A stretch of 64,000 nucleotides of DNA, taken from positions 38,628,001 to 38,692,000 of the forward strand of contig NC_087437.1 of assembly GCF_036321535.1 (NCBI RefSeq), in the 5' to 3' direction. Both the position numbers and the translations under genes were made by a program. Of the stretch, positions 50,741-62,659 are shown piece after piece (position 1 is the stretch's first letter; each line of letters begins with the position of its first letter). Origin of the DNA: Camelus dromedarius. Its lineage: Eukaryota. The notes below the pieces were generated by a model. The model saw only the letters and a program-made list of their open reading frames with translations. It was not told where the DNA came from and did no database searches.

Positions 50741-53469
50741 CAGATAGATTATAGTTACTGTTACTTATATACATAAGCATTCATATACCTGTGCATGTTT
50801 TATATATGTTTGGTTTTTGTTTATTTTTTAAAATGAGAGAGAGAGGGAGGGAGGGAGAGAGAGAAGAATGGAGAGGATGTTCTTTAATCTCACTGGGAAC
50901 AGATTCTTTTGAGAATATGATGAAAACTGGAATTTCCCTCAAGTAAACTGTGCAAATACACCAACTCTCTAACTAATTTTTATTTTTGGCTATTAACTCT
51001 GTTGATAGAGTTTAGGTTAGAGCCTGAACTTGATTAAACACAAAAGTATGAAACAATACAAGACAAAAGTTATGTGGCTGCCCCAAATGCTGTTAGTCAT
51101 GTGCCGAACTAACAATCCATCCATTTATTCTTGATTCCTTGATGCTCAGAAAGATTTTTCAAATGACTGAAATTTTGTGATGATGCCATTTTTTTTTTTT
51201 TACTGATTTACCCCTGAAACTGTGGCTGGTATCTAGAGGAAAAAGACCAAGGACTCCATTCTAATGAATAATGGTTTTCTGATGGGGGCTCCAGAATGGT
51301 TCTGCATAAGGTCTAGACAACCAAATGTTGGCCAATATATCGGCACTTGCTGTAAATACTTTTATATTTGGGTCATTAGGACCTTCTTTTCCAGTTTGGA
51401 CCTCTATGTCTGGGAACTGTGACAACTGAAGGCATAGACCAGTCCACCACTATCTACTTCTGTAATGTTGTGTATGAGCAGGAGCCCATTTGAGAAGTAG
51501 ACAACTGAATGGGGCAATGGCCCACTGGCCAAAAAAGTTATGTCATGGACACAGGAATACTGAGAAATGTTGCTTTCAAGCAGTATCTTTCAAAAAGAAA
51601 TTATGATTATTCTTTTCCATTTTGGTTCAACTTTTAAGTTTATCTAAACGTACTCTTTTTTTAAAAAAAGCCTATTTTGAATTACCTGCTTGAGGATTAA
51701 CTCCGATTAACATAAATAGAATTCTGAGAATATGTCTCTAACTGACAAATTAAATTCTAGAAAAAGGTTTAGATGGTAGAGTAATGGTTTTGAATTTTTA
51801 AGAGTTTCTTCAAAGAGGATTTCTACAATATTCAATTTTGGCATAACACCAAGAACATTCTTGTTTCCCATAACTACTGTTTGGAAAGTATAGAGGACAT
51901 AAGTAACATTTTAAGGATTCACTGAAGCACAACTTCAAACAACATAACTAGTTGGGACCTGCTGGGAAACAAAGTCTCAGACAGATCAGCCTGGCGGGTG
52001 GCAGGAGGAGCAAATAGTTGTTTCCAAGCGTTACCTTCAGGGTGAGAACAAGGGGAAGAGCCGGAGTCTCAGGCAACAGCAGACTCCGGCAACAAACCAA
52101 GGGACACTTCATCAACATGCAGAGGGTACAGAATTGTTGCTTCTACACTGAGATTTTTAAAATAATAATATTCCCCAATATACCCTGATACTAACATATA
52201 AGTATCGCATATATATGAACAGCATATTCAACCTACATTTTACCATGATATGGAAAGAATGGGGGGAGAGGGGAGACATTCCCCCAGGATTTAGACCAGG
52301 AAACATCAATCAGACGGGTATGGTTGGTAATTTCATTTCCCAGGAAAGTTCCTATTTTAAGTCAACTTAACGTATATGAGTATAAATAACTTTATTTTGT
52401 TTTGTTTTTCAAAAGTCTGTTGTGAAAAGGGAGAGATTTTTCTGCAGAACTCTATTGTGAGGTAACTGGACTCTTATCATTAAGATCTTGCAGGGGATCA
52501 GTCAGCCTTTAGTTTTCATCAGCTTTTTATAATGAAGCATATTCTGACTGCAACCTGAATGTGGCAAAAGTCAAATAAAACATCTGACCAGGGAGCTTCG
52601 TGTTCCCAGAGCATCATCTTCCCTTCCCTTTCTTCCCATTTTCCTCTAACTTTGTTGATGTATAAACTTTGAGCCTTTGCCCAGATCCTAGTAATCAGTA
52701 AAGTCTCAAGTTCTTCTAAAAAAAGAATACTTTTCAATGACTTGTCCAACCTGCTTTTTCTTCCCCTTCTCATATCATTTTCATTTATAAAGCAAACAAA
52801 CACGCAAACAACAAACAAACACTAGATAACTTCCACACAATTGCCCATTTCAGCATTATTTCTACCTCCCATTTGTCTCTCTGGGTTAGCCAAACTAGTC
52901 CTTGTTTCTTAACAGTTTGCTACATTTTCCTCCTCCATGATTTTGTGTTTATTATTAACCTAACAGAAATCTACCCCACAGTTTCACTTACCATAGACTT
53001 ATCATGTTGCAAGGATCACCTCAAAGGCTTTCTCCTCTAATAATATGTTCCTGATTATATTTACTATGTGGTCTCGCTCACACTCGTTTATTTACAAAAC
53101 AAGCTCACATGGATCACCTCTTTCTTCCACATCCTACATAATGACCAAAACACAGAACAGATAAAAAGTACTTTTTCATTGAAAACACAACTATTTTTTA
53201 GAATAAATCATTGTGTCATTAGAAGCCATCATGACTCTTAGTAATCATGGAGGCCATGTAGCTGACAGTAGAAAAATTCAAAATTTGCTAAGGAAGCATT
53301 TCTAATTTTTGCCATCTGTGCTTGTTAGAAAAAAATTTATTAAAATTTTTCAAATACTCAGATAAAACTGTGATAATTCTCTTAATATCTAGAATCTCCA
53401 GGTTAGATATATCTAGCCCTTTACAGTTCAGTTGCTTTCTCTTAAGCACACTCCACTTTGTCTATATGT

Positions 53470-53742
53470 AGGTCGACCCTATAATTTATCATCCAAAGTT
53501 GAGAGTGAAAGGACACGATTAATAGTAATTTCATTCAATGTATATACAAGATCTTAATGGTAGCTCACAGAGAAAAAAATGTGACAATGAATATATATAT
53601 GTTCATGTATAGCTGAAAAATTGTGCTCTACACTGGAATTTGACACAACATTGTAAAATGATTATAAATCAATAAAAAATGTTAAAAAAAAAAACAAAAA
53701 CAAAAAACAGGACTATCTCAGGCTAAGGAATATCTATATCCC
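53470..53742. mobile_element. MER94-like (hAT-Blackjack) element split by an L1 3' end
   Basis: TATAATTTATCATCCAAA...TGAGAGTGAAAGG on the left; AGGACTATCTCAGGC on the right. Confidence 0.6.
53530..53708 (+). mobile_element. Short lineage-specific L1 3' end with A-rich tail
   Basis: AATGAATATATATATGTTCATG...TTGACACAACATTGTAAAATGATTATAAATCAATAAAAAA; similar to the end of the L1 at 60113-60879. Confidence 0.85.
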
Positions 53743-54254
53743 TCTCTTTGAGATATGCCTAGAACTTAACAAGATATTCCATTGTGATCTATTACAGAAT
53801 AAAATATAAGTATCATCCTCATTTTAAGATCACATAATATCAACTAAGATTTTTGGCCACTATAGTGTATCATTCACTTATTTTATTACTATTCAGTGAG
53901 GTTTTCATTAACCATATTTGCTACATATTTTGTACAGATTTCTTCTTGCCTTATCTTCTATTTGCAGGATTGGCTTCTTACACCCAGGTGACTTTCCAAA
54001 ACATATTTGCTAATAGATTTAAACAGAAGAAAAAAAAATATCCTGGATCACACCATTATAAAATTTATTTTCAGGGTTCAGTAATTAAACAGGAGGTTTA
54101 ATTATGGGTGCAGCTAAATAAATTATACAGATTTACATAGGCATGATTGAGATAACACAAAGTATATCAGATTCATATCACATTTTTATTCCTTCCTTCT
54201 TAGTCATTATGATGCAAAGCTAAAGATAATTATCTCAGCAACCTTTGTTTGTAC

Positions 54255-55312
54255 TTATCTCCATTTCTTTTTTTTTTTTTTTTCCCCCTGGGGTTTTATC
54301 TTGTGCTTTTGTTTGGAGGGTTTCCCTCTGTTTCCTCATTTTGCTTGACTCTCTGTGTTTCTATTTGTTAAGTGAAAGACCTATCTCTCCCAGTCGTGTA
54401 GGAGTAGGCTTTTGTAGGCAGTGATCCATGTTGTTTAACTATGCATTAGTTTTCGGTTATCTCTCAAACTGTCTCTCCAGTTGACCTGTTCGGTTGAGAC
54501 ACTCACTGTCCCTTGGCCACCAGAGCCTAGCTCTCCAGGGTCATCCCCTGTACGGGCTGTTTTGCCCCTGCTAGCTTTCTGAGGGTGCAGAGGAAAGGGG
54601 TGCTCTTTTCCCACATCTGGAGGGACCATAGCAGCAGTGCAGAGAGGCAGGGCACTAGCAGGCTAGAGTGAGAGTTCAAAAATGGTGTCTGCCAGCACTG
54701 GCAATAGCAAGGTAGAGGGAAAACATAACAATGGTACCTGCCAGGACCTCCATCCCTGGAGAGAGTTCCAGCAGGTTTTTGCCCCTCTGGCAGACCCTTT
54801 CAGATTAGCAAATTAATCTCTTTCATATACAGTCTAGGCTCTTTTCAAAGTGCTGCTTTTGTGTGAGTCCTAGGGTGAGCAAGTCTGTGCATGAGCCCTT
54901 TAAAAGCAGAACCTCAATTCCATACAGCCCTGTGGTTCCCCTGGACATAAGACCATTGATTTTCAAAGCGAGATGTCTTAGGGGCTCATTTCTCCAGTGC
55001 AGATTCTTAGTGTTGGTGTGCCTAACGTAGGGCATAAATGTCTCACTCCTCAGGGAGAAGTCCCATACTTGTGAGAGTCCTCCCAGCTGTGGGTCACCGT
55101 GCCAGAGGTGGGATTTTTGACGAGACTGCATCTCTGTCTCTCCTACCTGTCTCCATGTGGCCCTTTTATCCTCTGTTGAGGAGTAGCTGTTAGCTAGTTT
55201 TCAGGTATTTTTCAGAGAGGATTGTTCCATGTGAAGCTGTGGATTTGTTATGTCCGTGGGAGGAAGTGAGTTCAAGCTCTTCCTAGGCCACCATCTTGGA
55301 CCACCTCTCCCC
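54255..55312 (-). mobile_element. L1 5' UTR plus first codons of ORF1 (isolated 5' end)
   Basis: Minus strand begins GGAGAGGTGGTCCAAGATGGTGG (YY1-type site)...GAACTCACTTCCTCCCACGGAC; ends AAAATGAGGAAACAGAGG...CAAGATAAAACC...GAAATGGAGATAAG as in L1 ORF1 starts. Confidence 0.85.
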
Positions 55313-57214
55313 AAATTATTTTTGGTTTAGTTTTTAATTGGAATATTCTCAAAGCAACTGTGAGCTTCCTGGTTGGATTTCTGTTGACCGTGCAACTGTG
55401 TAGTTCAGCCATAGAAGCCTTGGATGAGTGACTCCTTCATTCACATACAGGACTTGGGATACAAATAAAAACAATCATTAGTCCTTCGTGTCTCTTAATT
55501 AGGAAGACACACTAAAAATTAGTGAACTAATTCTCTCGCTAAGTTGATTAATCTTTTTAATTATTCTTAATTGCCTCTACCTATATTCATGGATGGTAAG
55601 TCCTCAGATTGTTTTCTCAATAAAACTCATATCTGAAAGGAAATGATTTCTTCTCCCCAAATGTGCATTTATTTTACCTTGCTGTCTCAAGTATGCCAAT
55701 CAATGAATTAGTTATGTGATTCAGAAGTGTGTTTTAATGGTTGAACAGATCTGTGATCCAAATAAATGTGACTTCCAAGAGCATTTTAAAAGTCCTAAAG
55801 TAAAAGAATTCAAGTTAAATTTCAAGAAATTTATTTTAGTAGAAATTAATTTTGCAGCTGACTGGACTAATGTATTTACAATGAATAAAATGATGAGAGA
55901 CGTTTATACTTTTACTTGAGAATATGTAGCCTAAAGCCATTTCCAGCCATCCATCTGAAGATGAAAACCAGTGAATAGTCTACAAATCATATAATTCAGA
56001 TTGCTCTAACCAGCATTCTTTTTCATAGCATAGTCTTCTGTAATAACAAAGACTCTGGCCTTCAGAAATTTTTTTTTGTATTATCTTACAGGAATTGCCA
56101 CGGAGGATTTCACTTTTTCACTGCAAGCCACTAAATAGAATGTTAAAGTATTGCCTTTTTAATATAAAGAAGACTAACATTGATTGAAAAATTGATAAAC
56201 AGTTTTGGTCTCTTGACAGCAAGAATTACAATGAAAATATCCCTATTTTGACTATACATTTTGGAATTTGGAAAATTATTTTTGTAACTATACAAAGATC
56301 ATGAAAAAATGCAAATTGAAAGCCCACACTCACTATGACAATTATCACCCTCCTTTCTTCTCTTCCTACTCTCCTTCAAACAATTATAATTTATTTATAG
56401 AAATTCATGCATATGTCATTTTCCTCCGAGATTTTAGGTACTGATATGATGATAGAATCCTGCATGATTCTGGCTATCCTCCATGCTACCATACGAAAGA
56501 AGAATTGTTATTATAGTATTTTTAAAATTCATACGGGCATTCCCACTAGAACATGAGTAGTATAAAGTAGAGTACTTAATGATTTAGAATACTTATTTTC
56601 AAATAATGTATTTTCTGTCTTTTCTCTGTAACATCTGTATCAAATTGAAAGTCTTCATAAGTAAATATATGAAACTACATGAATCTACTCATAGCAAGAT
56701 AAATATGCATATAAATATATATAATATATATAATTATAATTATACCAGTACAATGAAATTTAAAAAAAGCGTGAATTTTTTCAAAAGCTTCTGAGCAACA
56801 AAAATCAGGGCCATAAATCAATGCATTAAAATTTATGTATTTTGGAGGAGAATATATCAGGTTGTTCACTCTCCTTTTTCATATAGTTTAAATTGCAAGT
56901 TGAGTTATCAAGATGAGAAAAAGCCTTGTAAGAGAAAATTAAGTTTATTAAGACGTAACATCAAGTGTAGCTAATAGCCTGATTTCAAAGGACAGAAAAA
57001 TAAAATAATTTCTAGCACAAAACTCAAAGTAACAAAAAATCATAGTATGATTAATGATAGGAAAAATAAACTGTGCAATAGTTCATAACCTGCAGTGCAA
57101 TAATTGTATCAATAGTAACACTGACTTACCAAGAAATGGTTCACGTATTTTACGTGTGTGCTCACATCACAAACACATCCCATTCAAATGCATCACTCTG
57201 TTAACTCTAGAAGA

Positions 57215-57450
57215 GAGTGGCTAATACTGTGGAGGCTCTGCCAGTCTGAGTTAAAATTCTGGCTCTAAAACTTACTCAGTCTCTAAGTGTGTTGTTTGAC
57301 TTCTGTGTGCCTCCTTTTCTCATACATAAAATGTAGATTAAAGTTAACATCATAGATTTGATGTGAGAGTAAAGGAGTTGATACATTCAAGCTCTTAGGC
57401 TGAAGCCCAACAGGAAGTAATTGTGAATAACCTCATTGAATTATCACCAT
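57215..57450 (+). mobile_element. MIR SINE
   Basis: CTGAGTTAAAATTCTGGCTCT...CTTCTGTGTGCCTC...TAAAATG...GTGAGAGTAAA. Confidence 0.7.
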
Positions 57451-57724
57451 ATCCTTATGAATTAAGTACAAATGTAAAAGTTTTACATACAGTGAAATTG
57501 AACTAGCAAGAGAGCAATTATATTTGCCAAATTACGCAGTTCAAGTGACAACTTTAATTTGACCCTGTTTGATCTAACTCCAAAATGTATAAGCTTACTT
57601 GATACAAGATATTGCTTCACGATTAACAGAGCTATTGAATGCATAAAAGAAAGTTTATGCACACAAATATAAATAGAAAAAATAATTAATTCATATTTAT
57701 GTATAATACGAAGTATAGGTCAAG

Positions 57725-58540
57725 GAACTTTTTTTACATATGGACATCCAATTGTTTCAGTACCACCAATGCAGAATACTTTCCTTTTATCATTAAACTT
57801 CCTCTTCAACTGTAGCAAAAATAAATTGACCATGTATATGTGGGTAAATTTCTGGACTCCATATTTTGTTCCCTTATGTATCTATCTACAATTTAGCCAA
57901 TCCTACACTGCCTTGATTATTTTTAATAAGTGTTAAAATGAGGTAGTGGACTCCAAAAACTGTGTTTTTCTTTTCAAAATAATTTTGACCATTCTAATTT
58001 CTTTATTTTACTATGTAAACTTTAGATCCGGCTTATTGACTTCTACAAAACACCCTGCTGGGATTTTGATTGGGATAATATTGAATCCATATATCAATTT
58101 GGGAAAAACTGACAACAATTTTGAGTTTTTAAATTTATGAACACAGTATACCTCTTTGTTTGTCTTCTTTGATTTATTTCAACAATTTTTGTAATATTTT
58201 ACATACAAATCTTGTATATATTTGGTTAAATTTGTGTTTAAGTATTTCAGCATGGTTGGCATTATTAAAATGTTATATGTATAATTTTAATCCAAATTCC
58301 ATTTTCTCATAGCTAGTATGTAGAAATACAAAGGATTTTTGATATATGGGCTTTGCTCTACTAACATGCTAAACTGAATTACTAGTTCTGGTAGCTTTTT
58401 TTGTAATGTTTAAGGTAGTTGGTTGGATTTTTAGCAGATACATACAGTTTTGCCTCTTTTCTTTCCAATCTGTATGACTGTTTGGGTTTTGTTCCTTTGT
58501 TTTTGTTTTGTTTTGTTTTGGATTAATACAATGGCTAGGA
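57725..58540 (-). mobile_element. Old L1 ORF2 fragment (L1M-type)
   Basis: ATATGGACATCCAATTG, TTTCTGGACTC, CCTGCTGGGATTTTGATTGGGAT...TTGAATCCATATATCAATTTGGG. Confidence 0.85.
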
Positions 58541-58739
58541 TTTGTTCCAGTATGGGAAATTTCTATTGAGCTATCTTTAGGATGTATCCTCAGCTGTATT
58601 TGTTCTGTTAATAAGCCTCTGCAAGGAATTCTTTATATTTGAAATAATTTGCATGTTACCCAATTAATAATAAATACATACACACATATGTAGGTACATA
58701 TACACACACGGGTTTGTGTATGTGTGTGTGTGTGTACAC

Positions 58740-59100
58740 TGTCAGAAAATACAAAATTCTGAGTCAGAGACAGAAAGACAGTGTATTACTCACAGCAAAG
58801 GCAGCAGTCAGAGCGATATCTCAAGAATATTCCCTGAGCACCAGAACTCCAGAAAGGGACTTGGTGAGGCAAATGCAGTGTGCTGCATTACAGGGGAAAA
58901 CTCTGAAATTAGGAAACTCTCATTTAGTGTCATACCTGTTCTCCCTTCTGGGGGCAGTGACCTTATTTTCAGTCTGGAACTTAAGCAAATCTTCTCCAAG
59001 TTTTCACTTTTTGACACTGGAATGTCATTGAACAGGGAGACATCCTTAAGCATTTGTTCATAAACATGGATGATTAACTGGAAAAAAAGTCTGTCCAAAT
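58740..59100 (-). mobile_element. Probable old ERVL-class LTR
   Basis: GGTCAGAGAC-like start followed by TATTACTCACAGCAAAGGCAGCAG, typical of antisense ERVL LTR ends; family not resolved. Confidence 0.45.
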
Positions 59101-60112
59101 TAAGCTTGCATTATCTTCTGAGCCTGTTTTTATTCCACAGAATATGAATAAATATTCCCCTAAAATTTATGGTAAGGATTAAATAAAAACAACTTTGAGA
59201 AATGTTCTCTTAAAATTGCAACTCAGAAATTTCAGAGAATTTAACAAAGTCAAACTTCAGTGACTTTCTGGGTCTGTAATATACTTAGAACTTTCTAGTT
59301 CTTTACTGTTTAAATCCCATTAAGTCCTGTAGTAAAGGGTCAGCCTCACCCAACTAGGTAGAGAAAGTTGTGGCAATATTCAGTGTGGATTTTTTCAGTG
59401 GCAACATGCTCATAAATCATGAAAGTCATGATTTAAAGCATTCATACCCACATATATGTACATGCAAATACACACATAAGTGTATGTACGTATATATGTG
59501 TGTTAAAAACAAACTGTCCTAAAAATTTTATATCCTGTTAAGACAGAATAAAGAAATTTGATTGTAATGTTATATTTTGCCTATGAGTATTCTCATACAC
59601 TGATGCTAGAAGTCAGTTTCTATGATGTTTGTGAAATGTATTCTATAACATGTGTTATTGAGATTTTTAAAAATATTTAAAATAATTGGCCTATGAATTC
59701 CACTTTTTGTAATCTGGACAAATAAAAAAAATAAAATAAGACAGTGCATTGAAAGATGCTCACTTCAGCCTTATAATATTGTTAAAAAATGTTAAAATTG
59801 AAATTTTAATGAGGACACAAATATAAAATATAAAATGCATCTGAAATTCCAAAAATAGATAAATACAGTCACATTTTACAAAGGACATTTCCAGAAATCA
59901 GTTCCATATATCTTGAATCCATCAGCCATAGCATAGATTTATATTAATCTATTTATAAATATAAACATATTTGTATATATCTACATGAGGTAGAAAGAAG
60001 ACAAACAGGAGTGGGCAGGGTAGGAATGAAGTCCTGAAAGACCGGCTTATGCAGGAAGTAAATTACCTATTCACATGAATTAGAATTAATGGTTTGCATT
60101 CATCATCTCACA

Positions 60113-60879
60113 AGAACTTCTCCTACACTGCTGGTGGAAATGTAGTTTGGTTTAGCCATTATGGAAAACAGTATGGAGATTCCTCAAAAAACTGAAAATA
60201 CACTTACCATATGATGCAGCAATCCCACTCTTGGGCATTTATCCAGAGGGAACCTTAATTCAAAAGGATACAAGCACCCCAGTATCCATAGCAGCACTAT
60301 ATACAGTAGCCAAGACATGGAAGCAATCTAAATGTCCATCGACCGAGGACTGGATAAAGAAGTTGTGGTATATTTATACAATGGAATACTAGTCAACCAT
60401 AAAAAAGAATAAATAATGCCATTTGCAGCAACATGGATGGACCTGGAGATCATCCTTCTAAGAGAAGGAAGCCAGAAAGAGAAAGAAAAATACCATATGA
60501 TATCACTCATATGTGGAATCTAAAAAAAAAAAAAAAAAAAGAAAGAAAGAAAAAAAAGGACACTAATGAACTCATCTACAAAACAGAAACAGACTTGCAG
60601 ACATAATAAATAATCTTATGGTTCCCATGGGAAAAGGGGTAGGAAGGGATAACTTTGGGAGTTTGAGATTTGCAAATGTTAATCATTATATATAAAAATA
60701 GATTAAAAAAACAAATTTCTTCTGTATAGCACAGGGAACTATATTCAAAATCTTATAATAACCTTTAATGGAAAAGAATATGGAAATGAATATATGTATA
60801 CATATGCATGACTGGGACATTAAGCTGTACAATAAAAATTGACACATTGTAACTGACTATACCTCAATTAAAAAAAAAA
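60113..60879 (+). mobile_element. 5'-truncated L1 (ORF2 C-terminus + 3' UTR + A tail), lineage-specific
   Basis: TCCTACACTGCTGGTGG...ATGGAAAACAGTATGGAG...GCAGCAACATGGATGGACCTGGAGAT...AATGAACTCATCTACAAAACAGAAACAGAC...ACCTCAATTAAAAAAAAAA. Confidence 0.95.
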
Positions 60880-61404
60880 GTAACAAATCTCATGAATTTT
60901 CACCTCCAAGTTCAGTAAGCCTGAAGCCACAAAGTCAGACCAGAAGAATTTCATTTCACTGTCTATCTACCTCATAGAACACTCCGCTTCAATCTGGTAC
61001 ACTTAGAACTAGCAAGTAAAAGTGACAGAAGTGAATTGGGAAAAGAGAAGCTAATCAGCATGAGGGAAAGGTGGAATCAATCATACCGTGAAAGGTGACT
61101 AATATTGGATTTGATCCTTTTAATTACAAAGCTGAGACACTTTGTGACATGAAGAGATCAGAAGGGGGCTATTACTTGAGAGAATGTGGTTATGTCATAA
61201 GACCTTTCTTAAATTTTCATCAGCAGACAGGGGAACATGCATATTCATTGAAAAAAATTAACATTTATCATTTTCTACATATAATCATCATAATGAACTA
61301 TTGGTTCATCATATATTTCATTATTTAAATGACTATCAAATGCTATGACATTTATCAAAGATTACTGCTGCAATTATGACTTACCCTTTTTAACTTAAGC
61401 TTGT

Positions 61405-61412
61405 TATATATA

Positions 61413-61469
<57 letters not shown>
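61405..61469. repeat. (TA)(TG)(TA)n compound microsatellite
   Basis: Seen directly. Confidence 0.97.
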
Positions 61470-61472
<3 letters not shown>

Positions 61473-62659
61473 TTAGGATACCATGACAATAAATCATGAC
61501 TAATACTACCTACCTGTGGGTAAGTTATTTTGGCATCGTTTCATCATTTCCAAAATAGATTGAAATGTGTAACTTCTCTAACTGCTGTATTATGTAATTT
61601 CTACTCATGAATATATTCCCCCAAAATAACAGCAATGCATTGTGTTTCTTTCTCTTGTGACTTTAAGTTAGATAACCCTTCTTTAATCCATTCAATGTTA
61701 TTATAACTTTAAGATCTTATTAGTTTGTCTTCTGTCAAAACCCAGATGATTATTTTTCCTTTGGTTCTTTAGAATTCAGTCATCCCATAAAGAAAAGAAA
61801 AAAAGGACTAATGTTAATATGCATGGAATCCCTGTCAGTTGTCATTTTTAAAAAATAAATGCATATCGATGCCTTCAAGGAGATAAGAATTTTAATAAAA
61901 AGCATCACTTAAAATATATGCCATCAAAAAATGTTAAAGGAGCAAGATACCCTGAGTGATTTGATTATTTCATCTCAAGCTAATAGCCATGGCAGATGAA
62001 AATGCTATTTAACTCACTCTATAAGACTTTTTTCTTCATCTTATAAATAGAAAAATAATTCAAGGTGATCATTTGTTTTCTGTGAATAACACTAAACTAT
62101 CTTCATTCAAACAAAGTTTTTACACAGCATGGGGAGGCAGAAACGAGATTTAATGTTCTACAGTTCCTTCTAGGCTATAACCTATTAACCAGTAAAATAA
62201 TTGCAACCCAGGCCCAGAGATGGTATTCTCAATCCAATTTTTATAGCTAAGGATTTGATACAGTGATCAAACTAAAATTACTTTATGGCAGATCTATCAA
62301 AAATATTGGTATATTGATATAACAAAAAGGAAAGAAGTCAGTTGAATAATTAGATTTCAATAGGAGAGCTGTGCTACTAGAAGTATATTTTTTACTTTTA
62401 GAAATTTTCTTCTAGCATTAAGGACAGTATTTTCTATATGTTTCAAATGGTGAATGTACATTTTTTCCAGGAAACAGAAAACAGTTTATTCATTTCTTTA
62501 TTAATGGGAAGGCTGAGGGTGTTTGTGAGGTGGCTTGACTTCATGGGTAGCCATGAGACAGGTCTAAATTATCTCTATGACTGAATGACTACTGACAAAT
62601 TTTTTCAGCACTTCGTACATTTTAACATCTTGTGACCTTCATTACCTCTTGTGAGAAGT

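Noticed and set aside
54265..54283. Poly(T) run as a poly(A) tail of a prematurely polyadenylated L1
   Set aside because: L1 ORF1-like sequence (GAAATGGAGATAAG) continues past the run, so it is an internal A expansion.
60095..60900. TSD around the 60.1-60.9 kb L1 (ATCTCACAAGAA / ATCTCATGAA)
   Set aside because: Match is short, imperfect and offset from the tail.
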